IMG/VR virus record: IMGVR_UViG_3300013005_000033
Location: 1-64,000 of that record
Direction: 5' to 3' (one strand)
DNA: 64,000 nucleotides
Source: an uncultured virus (IMG/VR IMGVR_UViG_3300013005_000033)
Taxonomy: Duplodnaviria > Heunggongvirae > Uroviricota > Caudoviricetes
Part shown: positions 47,966 through 56,943 of the stretch, piece by piece
Numbering within the stretch: the stretch's first letter is position 1
Layout of the letters: every line of letters starts with the position of its first letter
Program-made: the position numbers and the translations under genes
The notes under the pieces: generated by a model
What the model saw: the letters and a program-made list of their open reading frames with translations, nothing else
Told to the model about the DNA's origin: nothing
Databases searched by the model: none

Positions 47966-48797
47966 TCTCCTTTGAAACTTCAGCCCAAGAAACAAAACTT
48001 GGACGGCTTGATTCTAATATCCGCTTGCCTCTTGAGGCGAGAGCACTTTTGCTTCTCATGGCATGGACTATGGCGGGATCAACGACTCTCCTCGTTCCCG
48101 TCATGTACTCTTGAAATTCCCAAGGCGAGCCGTCCGGGAGCCTGTCGCTCAAAACTCCGGTCCACTCGCTGGCCCATATGTCCTCGTGTCTGGCGTGGAA
48201 TCTGTCCTCGTAGTTCTTGCTGAACATGTGGGACAGAACGGCGACAAAGACTTCCTCCGGAAGGTCGAGACCCCTGTTCTTCTGAAATATCCTGAACCTC
48301 TCCGAGGTTTCCATGGCCATGCGAGCAAACGGCTTTTTGCACATCCAGAAGCCGCCATTCGTACTGTACTTTGTCCTTTGAACGACTCCGAAGTCGCGAT
48401 ACAAGTCCGCCATTAGGGCGTTGGGGAGTCCCCACCAATCGGGACGACGGGTTTGGGGCGAGTTCAAAGGAGACTCCAAAAAAGAGTGCCAAGGATCAAG
48501 CCCGATTATGTCGCAAAAGTCCTTGGGAGGCTTACGGACAAAGTAGTGATCGCTGTCTATGAAAACAAACAAGTCATAGTCAAGCTCACAGACTTTCAAA
48601 AGATATTTGAACTTCCAGTACTGCTTAAAGTCCAGGTCTATTCCCTTGTCTAGTTCGCACGAAGCTGTACCAAAGATAGGTTCGTCCGAAAAGGTCAGAA
48701 TATCGTGTTCCAAGCCCGATTCACGAATGGAACTCACAAGGCTCTGCAACATGAACCTGTATTCGCCCCACGCAACCGACCAAATTAAAGTCTTCAT
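47955..48797 (-). CDS. GT-A fold glycosyltransferase-like protein
   Basis: FIDSD, NGGF, IVH. Confidence 0.6.
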   Translation of the reverse strand: MKTLIWSVAWGEYRFMLQSLVSSIRESGLEHDILTFSDEPIFGTASCELDKGIDLDFKQYWKFKYLLKVCELDYDLFVFIDSDHYFVRKPPKDFCDIIGLDPWHSFLESPLNSPQTRRPDWWGLPNALMADLYRDFGVVQRTKYSTNGGFWMCKKPFARMAMETSERFRIFQKNRGLDLPEEVFVAVLSHMFSKNYEDRFHARHEDIWASEWTGVLSDRLPDGSPWEFQEYMTGTRRVVDPAIVHAMRSKSALASRGKRILESSRPSFVSWAEVSKENEN

Positions 48798-48803
48798 AAT
48801 TTT

Positions 48804-49841
48804 TCAACTCTGTGCGTAATTTAATACAGCGTTCCACTTCCTTTTTGCAGAGGCGGAATCGCACCATATTTCACGGGAACAAGCACTAGCCAGTCGGCTC
48901 ATTTTTCGTCTGAATTCATAGTTGGAAAGATCAATCATTGCCTCCCTAAGTTCATCAAGGTCGTTCCACAAGTATCCCGTTCGCTGATCCCACACCATAT
49001 TGGGAAAGTTCCACTTGTTGGGCGCAACCACAGGACAGCCCGTCAGCTGCGCCTCCACAACAGCACGGCTTTGGTTTTCTATAAACTCGCGATTGCAATT
49101 ATAAAGAAAAACATCAATAGACTTGAGAAAATCAACAGTTCCAACTTGGTTGGCTCCCAAAAGGCTCCACTTGTCGGAAAAGTCAAACCAATCGTACCTC
49201 TTGGCCAGAGGAGAACTCCACCCCATAACCTTGTAAGAAGCGGGAATTGAAATGGTGGCCGATTCATAAAAGACGGGAAAGTCCTCAGAAAACTTGAGGA
49301 AGTCATCGCGGCTTACCTTGCCACAGACAACCGTGGGGCGACGGGGTCTGTCAAAATAAGGCCAAGTGGAACTGTCAAAGTAGTTGTCCAGGATCGCAAC
49401 CTTCTGGTCGGGCTTTACAGAAAGTATTGTGGGCGACACATGGTTGAAGTGAAAGGGCGATGTGAACAGGCAGCAGTCAACCTTGCCCTTGACTATGCCG
49501 TCCAGCTCTTCGCTGGTCGTCCACATCATGTCGTTTGACCAAAGAAATTTAAGATCCAAAGATCTTATGAAATCCAGCCGCTCAGCCTCCTTAAAAAGCC
49601 TGAAGTTGCAATTGGCATATGCGAACCCCTTGGGATTTTTAGGAAGACCTGGGGGCATGCAGTACTTGATGCCCAAAGCGTCCAAGAAATCAGTGTTGTG
49701 CTTCTCGTTGAGCCTTCCAGCGTCGTTTGGTATGCAAGTAATATTGAAATCGTCCTTCAGCAAGACCAACAAGTCTTTCAGTCGCGTATCCGCACCACCT
49801 AGATCCGATATCCACTGAAAAACATAAAGATCGGTCTTCAT
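48804..49841 (-). CDS. GT4-like glycosyltransferase
   Basis: LGGAD, ENQSRAVVEAQLTGCPVV, TGYL. Confidence 0.8.
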   Translation of the reverse strand: MKTDLYVFQWISDLGGADTRLKDLLVLLKDDFNITCIPNDAGRLNEKHNTDFLDALGIKYCMPPGLPKNPKGFAYANCNFRLFKEAERLDFIRSLDLKFLWSNDMMWTTSEELDGIVKGKVDCCLFTSPFHFNHVSPTILSVKPDQKVAILDNYFDSSTWPYFDRPRRPTVVCGKVSRDDFLKFSEDFPVFYESATISIPASYKVMGWSSPLAKRYDWFDFSDKWSLLGANQVGTVDFLKSIDVFLYNCNREFIENQSRAVVEAQLTGCPVVAPNKWNFPNMVWDQRTGYLWNDLDELREAMIDLSNYEFRRKMSRLASACSREIWCDSASAKRKWNAVLNYAQS

Positions 49842-50180
49842 TCAGTCCCCCTTGACAATTCTTATGGAGTCCTCGGGCGTGTCGGGGGTAGAGAATTCAA
49901 ACAATTGCGAATCTTCAAGGGCTTCCATCTGGTGGCGTAGACCGAGAGGCACATGAAATATGTCTCCCGTATTCAGAACGGTTTCAGAAGCGGATTCCAA
50001 GTCGTCACAATACCCGTGCCGGACAATGACCTTGCCTACGCAATAAAAAGTTTCCACCTTAATTTTGTGATAATGAAAAGAGCACTTTTTCCCCTTATTA
50101 AAACACAATATCTTGCCGCAGTACCCATCCGCGTTGTGTATGATCTTCTCGTGACCCCAGCCCTTCTCTATCATTTGCAT
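49842..50180 (-). CDS. Cupin (sugar isomerase-like)
   Basis: KGWGHE, SFHYH..K.ETF, RHQM, EFST. Confidence 0.8.
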   Translation of the reverse strand: MQMIEKGWGHEKIIHNADGYCGKILCFNKGKKCSFHYHKIKVETFYCVGKVIVRHGYCDDLESASETVLNTGDIFHVPLGLRHQMEALEDSQLFEFSTPDTPEDSIRIVKGD

Positions 50181-50286
50181 ATCAATATTCCAAAAGATTT
50201 CAACATCATATAAGAAAGTTAATTTCAAGTCAACATTATACTTGACCGACGATCCGAAACAAAATACAATAGGCCAAGGTGCAAAC

Positions 50287-50970
50287 TTGAAGGATCTTTT
50301 CTACAAGCCCGTCAAGATACAGGACAAGGAAGACAATATCTTCTTTTGGTCTGATATGCACCTAGGACAAGAGTGCAGAAGTTGGGACGAACCCTTGTAC
50401 GCCAAAAGAGGATTCTCATCCTTAGAGGAGCACGATTCATCTTTGGTCAAGAGATGGAACGAAAAGATTTCTCAAAAAAGCACAATTTTCAACTTGGGGG
50501 ATATGCTGTTTGGGCACGACGGCGAACGAAGGCTCCTCAACTACTTCCAAATTCTAAATTTCAAGACCATGTACCTGCTTTTCGGAAACCACAATGCCGG
50601 CATTAAGCAGGTGTTTGATAGATTGGAAGAAAATGAACTCCAAATAAACTCCGAGAAGAAAGTGGTTTTCTGCCCCAGTTATCTAGAGGCCGTCGTGAAT
50701 GGAACAATGTGTGTTCTGAGCCACTACGCAATAGCGTCGTTCAACAAGCAAGGAAAGGGCGCCTTCATGATACACGGGCACTCTCACGGCAACCTGTACG
50801 GCTCCGAAATGGGAAAAGTCTTATACAAGGCCAGAGTGGTTGATGTGGGGGTGGAAAGATACCCGAGCCCGCCTTCGTTCAAGGAAATTAAGGAAAAATT
50901 TAAAAACGACCCGGTTAGTTTTGACCACCATGGCTTCAGCGAGCATTCATGCGAGCGTAGCCGTGGGTAG
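50287..50970 (+). CDS. Calcineurin-like metallophosphoesterase
   Basis: SDMH, LGD, GNH, HGHSH, DVGV, DHH; TTG start after AAGGTG. Confidence 0.88.
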   Translation: MKDLFYKPVKIQDKEDNIFFWSDMHLGQECRSWDEPLYAKRGFSSLEEHDSSLVKRWNEKISQKSTIFNLGDMLFGHDGERRLLNYFQILNFKTMYLLFGNHNAGIKQVFDRLEENELQINSEKKVVFCPSYLEAVVNGTMCVLSHYAIASFNKQGKGAFMIHGHSHGNLYGSEMGKVLYKARVVDVGVERYPSPPSFKEIKEKFKNDPVSFDHHGFSEHSCERSRG

Positions 50971-50975
50971 TTCAC
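50927..50975 (+). mobile_element. Orphan IS200/IS605 right-end remnant
   Basis: GGCTTCAGCGAGC..AGCCGTGGGTAGTTCAC matches the end at 58192-58241. Confidence 0.7.
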
Positions 50976-51038
50976 AACATTTTCGGCAACCACTGGGAGT
51001 TTAGTTCTAAAAACAAACCAATTAACGAGGACGACCTT

Positions 51039-51371
51039 ATGGAAGTGGCAGACACGCTGAAGGCGTTGAAAATGGATCCGGTGGAGAAAAAGCTGCGTGG
51101 CATTATTATAGACCACATGTACACGTGCATTGAAGAGGGGATCGGACTCAAACACTGGATGGATCATCTTGCAAGTATGGACATCTGCGTGCACACCACC
51201 CTCCCAGATCTGATAAGATCTTCGATAGGAATGGGCAAACAGAAGACATGTCCGTCAGATCCCGACAAAATCACGGTGGAGACAAATTTCGGACAAGTAT
51301 ACATGTCGCATGAGACGGCAGAAAAAATCATGACTCTAGGCTACATCCCCCTTCCGGAGAAAACAAAATGA
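51039..51371 (+). CDS. Paralog-family protein
   Basis: MSHETAEKIMTLGYIP. Confidence 0.7.
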   Translation: MEVADTLKALKMDPVEKKLRGIIIDHMYTCIEEGIGLKHWMDHLASMDICVHTTLPDLIRSSIGMGKQKTCPSDPDKITVETNFGQVYMSHETAEKIMTLGYIPLPEKTK

Positions 51372-51586
51372 CAAAAATTGAACTGCTTGAGTACCTCACA
51401 AGAATGGCCAAGGAATACAGATCCGGATGCGCAGCCTCCGTGATCAGGAACAGACACATGAACGAGACCAACGGCGAGTGCAACGCCGACCAGAACACAA
51501 TAGACGCCATCTTGGTAGATTTTATAAACCGCATCGGCGTGGACCAACATGTGGACTACGGCTTGTACACGAGGGATTTAAATTGA
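51368..51586 (+). CDS. Hypothetical protein
   Basis: ATGA overlap. Confidence 0.65.
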   Translation: MTKIELLEYLTRMAKEYRSGCAASVIRNRHMNETNGECNADQNTIDAILVDFINRIGVDQHVDYGLYTRDLN

Positions 51587-52149
51587 AAATATACATTGGA
51601 CCATATTTAAAATGGTGGGGTCCGTATCAGATTGCCGATTTGCTCAAGTTTGTCGGCGTTCCAAAAGAACTCCGGGAAAAGATAGGCAAGCGTCTTGCCG
51701 ATACTCCTCTCCTAGGAATATGCGAGTGGATTCACGCTCGCCGCAAGCGCACGGTCAAAATTCGCATAGACAACTACGATGTGTGGGGGATGGACAGCAC
51801 CATCGCCTTGATAGCCTTGCCGTTGCTCAAGAAACTTAAGGAAAAGAAACAAGGATCTCCCCACGTAGACGACGAAGATGTTCCAGAGCATCTTCGTGTC
51901 GCCGCCGCAACGCCCTTGACAGAAGAGGAACAACACTGCGGATATCCCGACAATAATTTTCACCTCCGATGGGAGTGGGTGGTCGACGAAATAATCTGGG
52001 GGTTTGAGAACATGATCGCGGATGACGAAGGAAAGACCGAATTCTACAAAGAAGGCAGGCTGGATCTTGAAGCCCATAAGAAGTTCCACGACAGAATCCA
52101 GAACGCTATGTGTTTGTTCGGGAAGTACCTTCAAGGAATGTGGGACTAA
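51583..52149 (+). CDS. Conserved phage hypothetical protein
   Basis: MKIYIGPY..WWGPYQIA..IDNYDVW.MD..LFGKY..WD pattern typical of T4-like phage proteins. Confidence 0.75.
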   Translation: MKIYIGPYLKWWGPYQIADLLKFVGVPKELREKIGKRLADTPLLGICEWIHARRKRTVKIRIDNYDVWGMDSTIALIALPLLKKLKEKKQGSPHVDDEDVPEHLRVAAATPLTEEEQHCGYPDNNFHLRWEWVVDEIIWGFENMIADDEGKTEFYKEGRLDLEAHKKFHDRIQNAMCLFGKYLQGMWD

Positions 52150-52180
52150 GTTCCTTTGCATCGCTAAAAAAGAGACTATA

Positions 52181-52489
52181 ATGGGCGTAGAAAAACTAAG
52201 AACACTGCTGCGTCGCAAACTTGGGTGCATAAGAAAGGATCTCTGGCTCGGGGGGGCTCACGGCGCAGATTGCGAATACCGCCACCAGATCGCCACGGAG
52301 AGGGCTTGGGCGGCTTACCTTGTCTCGATTGGATGTAAACTTGTAGAGGAGCACGCGATCCGAAGAGACTTTGAGAGCGCGTTTAACGATGTCGCCCCGG
52401 GCACGATGTGCGTCAAGGTAGAAAGCGACTTCGTATTTATCCCCGGAGAACTAGCCGCGAAGATTCTCGTATTGGGAGTTCTGCCGTGA
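52181..52489 (+). CDS. Paralog-family protein
   Basis: WAAYLVSIG; IPGELAAKILVLGVLP. Confidence 0.7.
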   Translation: MGVEKLRTLLRRKLGCIRKDLWLGGAHGADCEYRHQIATERAWAAYLVSIGCKLVEEHAIRRDFESAFNDVAPGTMCVKVESDFVFIPGELAAKILVLGVLP

Positions 52490-52531
52490 CAAAAAAAATG
52501 TCGCACATCAAAAACTACTGGGCGATCTGAA

Positions 52532-52750
52532 ATGAAACTCTTTGCTTGCTACGCGATCTTCGCCCTGTTTGTCTCTTCTTGCTTCATGTCTCACCGCCAT
52601 GAAGACTTCAAGTACTTGTCACTTTTCTCGGCGGGCGTCCTGCTGGGTTTCTTGGGCAACGAAATGTTCTCGACGGATTCCATAAAGACGAGAAGGGAGA
52701 TGCCCAAGGGACCTCCTCCAGCGTTGCGCCCCAAGAGGCAAATAACATGA
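52532..52750 (+). CDS. Small membrane protein
   Basis: Two hydrophobic segments. Confidence 0.55.
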   Translation: MKLFACYAIFALFVSSCFMSHRHEDFKYLSLFSAGVLLGFLGNEMFSTDSIKTRREMPKGPPPALRPKRQIT

Positions 52751-52873
52751 ACTTCAATGATTTCTGTATAGTGGTCATCGCATACCTCTATATTGACTCT
52801 TGGATGACGGCCTTTCGTTTGAGAGGCATGCAGAAGAAAATCGAGGAACTCCAGAAGGCACTGGGGATTAACG

Positions 52874-53098
52874 ATGAGTGACAAGAAAGATTGGAAACAG
52901 AAACAACTAGAAGCCATCCGATCCGGCTATACTCGCTCCAAAGAATTGGCAGAAGAAATATGGCTTGAGGGGAACCACGAGGGAACCCCCAATGATTTCT
53001 ATTATTTCCAGTGTGGTTTTGTGGCCGGGTTGAATTATCAACGGCTGAAGGCTTTGGAAAAGCTGAGCGAACTTGATCAAGAATTGGGGTTTCAATAA
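52874..53098 (+). CDS. Hypothetical protein
   Basis: Ends ALEKLSELDQELG. Confidence 0.6.
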   Translation: MSDKKDWKQKQLEAIRSGYTRSKELAEEIWLEGNHEGTPNDFYYFQCGFVAGLNYQRLKALEKLSELDQELGFQ

Positions 53099-53610
53099 TG
53101 AATAAGATACTTTACTTCTTGAGTACCGGGGTAATAATGCTCTCTATCTTTGACAGTTTCAAGACGAAAAAGGCTCCGGAAGACATCGTCTACCATTCCC
53201 TATCCGCCGAGGGCACCGTGGAATCCATCCACATCGGGGGCCGCACCGAGGTGGCGAAGGTCGTCGGAGCCAAGCTGACAAGGCACGGCAGATACTCAAA
53301 GACCACTAGATGGGGAAGAAGGACAGACCTCTGGACACTGGATGCGGAAATAATCCAGCCCGAGGGCGAGAAGAACTACTTCGCCCCGCACCTTGACGGC
53401 ATGGTGGATGTAAAACAGAAATCTGGGCAGTTGACAGAACACGGAGAGCGCCCTTGGGATGCACTGACCAATATGTGCGTTGGTTGGGATCAGTTAAGAT
53501 TCGCCAATATCGTATTCAAGGACGACAAACCCGTGAGCGTCTACTTCTCCCATTTGAAATTTTCTGAGGGTGAGTGGATAATGGTTGCCTCTTATGTGGC
53601 AAACTTTTGA
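53098..53610 (+). CDS. Hypothetical protein
   Basis: TAATG overlap. Confidence 0.65.
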   Translation: MNKILYFLSTGVIMLSIFDSFKTKKAPEDIVYHSLSAEGTVESIHIGGRTEVAKVVGAKLTRHGRYSKTTRWGRRTDLWTLDAEIIQPEGEKNYFAPHLDGMVDVKQKSGQLTEHGERPWDALTNMCVGWDQLRFANIVFKDDKPVSVYFSHLKFSEGEWIMVASYVANF

Positions 53611-53619
53611 AAGTACTAG

Positions 53620-54063
53620 ATGAGTTCTCACATCAAAATCCAGAAACCCGACTCGTGGGCCAACAATCCCGTGCTTGTCGCCGGAGAGTTGGCGTTGGAC
53701 ACTAACGCGAACATGCTGAAGGTGGGCGACGGCGTGACGGCTTGGACCGAACTTCCCTATATTTCTTCAGACCGTTGGCGCTCGCCCGGAGCCGAGGAGG
53801 CAGACAGGCCGAGGGAAAAATTAAAAGACATGATCTTCTTGAAATATGTCAACATGCTGCGGGAAGAACTCGGCAGGATTGTGATGCCTTCGGATCTGAC
53901 CGGTCCTGAGCCGAATGGTTGGCGAACTTGGATGGAGAGACATGGCCTGAAATACTTGAAGCCGACGAAGGATCATGTGGATGTTCCCTTCATGGGGGGC
54001 GAGTCCATATACATGCCAAGAGACTTCGCGGACAAGGCTCTGGTGCTGGGGTTTCTGCCATGA
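53620..54063 (+). CDS. Mtd_N-like module fused to the paralog-family domain
   Basis: NPVLVAGELALDT..LKVGDGVTAWTELPY then MPRDFADKALVLGFLP. Confidence 0.75.
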   Translation: MSSHIKIQKPDSWANNPVLVAGELALDTNANMLKVGDGVTAWTELPYISSDRWRSPGAEEADRPREKLKDMIFLKYVNMLREELGRIVMPSDLTGPEPNGWRTWMERHGLKYLKPTKDHVDVPFMGGESIYMPRDFADKALVLGFLP

Positions 54064-54203
54064 TCGCCGTTGAAATTTTCGTACTAGCCATCGCGATATC
54101 AATCGTCTTCTGGCTGTTCGCCATGCCGGTCATGATTCTTTGTTTATGGTTCATTCAGAGATTCTTTCCTTCCCCCGACACCACTGATCCGGGGCCGAAA
54201 TGA
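54060..54203 (+). CDS. Small membrane protein
   Basis: MIAVEIFVLAIA..; ATGA overlaps at both ends. Confidence 0.55.
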   Translation: MIAVEIFVLAIAISIVFWLFAMPVMILCLWFIQRFFPSPDTTDPGPK

Positions 54204-54502
54204 CAAAGGTAGAAAAAGCAGACAGGCTCTACCAGATATTCAAGCGTAGATTTGATGAGATCAAAGACGACATCGTTCGTGGCTCGGCGAAAAACCGAAT
54301 CTTCTTGATCAACGAAAAGATAGAAGAATACATGGAAAAACTGCATCCTCACGCAAGGATGATGCACCAAGAAACCCTTGTTTACTTGATCAACGAGCAA
54401 GTCGTGGACGCGATTGCCGTGATAAGCCCGGTCCACGAAAAAAAGGTCATCGTATTAGAAGTGGAATACGCAAATAAGATTTTGGTGTTGGGGCTGCCAT
54501 GA
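54200..54502 (+). CDS. Paralog-family protein
   Basis: YANKILVLGLP; close tandem paralog of the next gene. Confidence 0.75.
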   Translation: MTKVEKADRLYQIFKRRFDEIKDDIVRGSAKNRIFLINEKIEEYMEKLHPHARMMHQETLVYLINEQVVDAIAVISPVHEKKVIVLEVEYANKILVLGLP

Positions 54503-55059
54503 CCAAAAGGGAAAAAGCAGACAAGTTGCATCTGATGTTCAGAAACAGATTCGACGAGATCAAGTGCTATGGGGGTTTCGGCTATTCGGCCGGCGTCAAA
54601 GGAATTGACGAGTATATGGAAAGATTGAAGCCTGATGTTATAATGGTGCGTTGTGTCCATCTTGTATCCGTGATCAACAACGATTTCGTGGATTCAATCG
54701 CCGTGAGGAATCCTTATGACGGCGACAAGGCCATCGTTATGGATGCGGGGTATGCCGACAAGATACTCGTGCTGGGACTACCACGAATAAAAAAAATAGA
54801 GTTGGGGCTGATCGGACTGGGTTTCGCCACCTTGCTTTTTCTGACGCCTTTTCTGAACGAAATCCACAAGAAAAATATTGAATCCCTCCGGGAACCGCCG
54901 GTCTTCAGAATCGAGGAACACCCGAGACTTCAGGCCCACTGCAAGACATGCGAGCGTTGCAGGGAAATGGTATATAATCCCGAAAAGCCTACCCCGCCGA
55001 TTTGCGACATCGGCATGGGCCTCATGGTAGAGGACGTCAAGGAAAGGTGGGGAAAATGA
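54499..55059 (+). CDS. Paralog-family protein with C-terminal TM and Cys extension
   Basis: YADKILVLGLP then RIKKIELGLIGLG..CKTCERC. Confidence 0.7.
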   Translation: MTKREKADKLHLMFRNRFDEIKCYGGFGYSAGVKGIDEYMERLKPDVIMVRCVHLVSVINNDFVDSIAVRNPYDGDKAIVMDAGYADKILVLGLPRIKKIELGLIGLGFATLLFLTPFLNEIHKKNIESLREPPVFRIEEHPRLQAHCKTCERCREMVYNPEKPTPPICDIGMGLMVEDVKERWGK

Positions 55060-55472
55060 CCGAAGAATGCGCCGATCCCGAAGCCCCGAAAGAGAATTGC
55101 GTCTCCTGCGGGAAGATCGTCCACACGTGCGAGAGGAAGACCCCCGTCAACGACAGTTATCTCTGCCCGGCACACGGAGAAGGATGGCAGTTGGACGATG
55201 GAGTCTGGGTCTGCGGCGCGGAATGCGAAGAAAAATACTTCAGGAGGGAGTCTTTCAAGCGGGACATCAAATTTTTCCATCCGTTCAACTTTCTGGTTTT
55301 CAGAAAGCCCAAGATGGACGACCCCGAATGGCACCCCAGCGATGATCTATGCCAGTACGGATTCAGTCTGGATTTGACCACCGAATTGTACTACTACACA
55401 TACGATTGGGGTCGTGGCATCAATTTCAGAATTCTGGGCTTCGGATTTGAATGGACGAAGGTGAAAATGTGA
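55056..55472 (+). CDS. Cys-rich hypothetical protein
   Basis: CVSC, CPAH, CGAEC; ATGA overlap. Confidence 0.6.
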   Translation: MTEECADPEAPKENCVSCGKIVHTCERKTPVNDSYLCPAHGEGWQLDDGVWVCGAECEEKYFRRESFKRDIKFFHPFNFLVFRKPKMDDPEWHPSDDLCQYGFSLDLTTELYYYTYDWGRGINFRILGFGFEWTKVKM

Positions 55473-55723
55473 AAAACTGGGAATTCACCCTAGAACTGAC
55501 GGGCGCGGAAGACTTGACCACCGAACTGGCCGACGCTTTGTTCCTTGCGGGGTGCGCCGACGCAACCCTCAGCAAGTCCGGAGGCAAGTTGTGGCTGGAC
55601 TTTGACAGGGACTCTGAATCCTTGGAAGAGGCCGTTCGGACTGCCATTGATAATGTGCGCCGTGCCGGCGAGAGGCTGGGTTTTTCTTTGGACGCCAAGG
55701 AGGCGAGAGATGGAGATCGGTGA
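55469..55723 (+). CDS. HicB-like small protein
   Basis: FTLEL..LADALFLAGCADAT..LDFDR..SLEEAV.TAIDNVRRAG. Confidence 0.55.
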   Translation: MKNWEFTLELTGAEDLTTELADALFLAGCADATLSKSGGKLWLDFDRDSESLEEAVRTAIDNVRRAGERLGFSLDAKEARDGDR

Positions 55724-56117
55724 TAAGATAGAGGGAGTTTCCGGCCGCTTCGGGGATTTCGTGGGCTCGTTCAACAAGAGCGACATGGAGCCCGACCCGA
55801 ACTTGGAGTACATCTACGATCACGGCACTGTCTTCTGCGAGGAGGCTCCGTACAATCTTCCCACAGAATACGCTTGCCGTGGGCGCAAGATCGCAGTCAA
55901 TGTCAGGAAGCAGAAAGGATATTCTTGTAAATACAGCTTCAACTTCATAGACGACGAGACCAAAAAGGAATACCATACCCACTACGGATGGAGCCTCATC
56001 CCCAACACCTCCGAGAACTTGCTGAGGCTTGAGGAGATCAGAGGGCTCAATGATCAGATTAATCAGCTCGGAATTCGCATAGGGGCGGTCAGGAAGGAAA
56101 TGGGTCACCTGGGGTGA
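55710..56117 (+). CDS. Hypothetical protein
   Basis: MEIGDKIEG after AGGAGG RBS. Confidence 0.6.
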   Translation: MEIGDKIEGVSGRFGDFVGSFNKSDMEPDPNLEYIYDHGTVFCEEAPYNLPTEYACRGRKIAVNVRKQKGYSCKYSFNFIDDETKKEYHTHYGWSLIPNTSENLLRLEEIRGLNDQINQLGIRIGAVRKEMGHLG

Positions 56118-56121
56118 GAAG

Positions 56122-56376
56122 ATGACACGCAGTTTGATAGCAATTTCAATACTTTTCCTCTCCGCTTGCGGAGTGAACCAAGAAAAAACTTATAGAGTCT
56201 ACGATGTGACAGACGCTAGTGGCAAAACATATCGCAATCTAAATCATTCAGGCGGCGATGTTTTCATAGACTACGACGGAAATCAATACATTTTCAACGG
56301 AAACTACACGGTAATAACCAGAAAAGTTTCGGGCGAACAGTTTTTGAGGGAAGTTCAACACCGAGAAAAGCCTTGA
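56122..56376 (+). CDS. Small lipoprotein
   Basis: Lipobox LSAC. Confidence 0.65.
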   Translation: MTRSLIAISILFLSACGVNQEKTYRVYDVTDASGKTYRNLNHSGGDVFIDYDGNQYIFNGNYTVITRKVSGEQFLREVQHREKP

Positions 56377-56645
56377 GAGAAATTGAACAAAAACTCAATC
56401 AGATGATGATCAAACTTATGGCCTTTCTTTTTGAGAGCGCCCAGAACGGAAGTTTCGGCTGGGATGACTGGCTGGCGACGAACGGAATAACGACGACGCC
56501 CGAAAACAAGGACGAATATTGGGCGGTGACAATCAATACTGCATTTTCTAACAAAGGAGAATGCTATGCGCGGCATGAGGCGACCACATTCCATGTCCCC
56601 AAGGAACTTGCCACGAAAGCCCTCGTGCTGGGGTTCTTGCCATGA
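56373..56645 (+). CDS. Paralog-family protein
   Basis: WDDWL..NG; VPKELATKALVLGFLP. Confidence 0.75.
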   Translation: MREIEQKLNQMMIKLMAFLFESAQNGSFGWDDWLATNGITTTPENKDEYWAVTINTAFSNKGECYARHEATTFHVPKELATKALVLGFLP

Positions 56646-56893
56646 ATCTTGATCGTCTTGAAGCCGCCGAGAAGATTGAGAGCCTCCTGGCCCTCAAATA
56701 CGACCGTGACTTCTACATGACGGGGAAGTCATGGAGTGACTACCTTGAGTCCATAGGGTGCTTCTCCGACCCCCATTATTCGTTCTTCAAGGTGGTAGAT
56801 CCGGAGAGTTTCCACAAGCGCGGCGGCCTTACTTTCGTGAGAATACCCGAAGAATTCGCCTTCAAGGTCTTGGTGCTGGGCGAGTTTCCTTGA
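56642..56893 (+). CDS. Paralog-family protein
   Basis: WSDYLESIG; IPEEFAFKVLVLGEFP. Confidence 0.75.
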   Translation: MNLDRLEAAEKIESLLALKYDRDFYMTGKSWSDYLESIGCFSDPHYSFFKVVDPESFHKRGGLTFVRIPEEFAFKVLVLGEFP

Positions 56894-56943
56894 ACTTTAC
56901 ATCTATAAAAAAGGGACTACGAGAAAAGCACGCATAGACCCGT

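Noticed and set aside
9538..54063. Diversity-generating retroelement suggested by Mtd_N-like modules
   Set aside because: No reverse transcriptase and no template/variable repeat pair differing at adenines was seen in the window.
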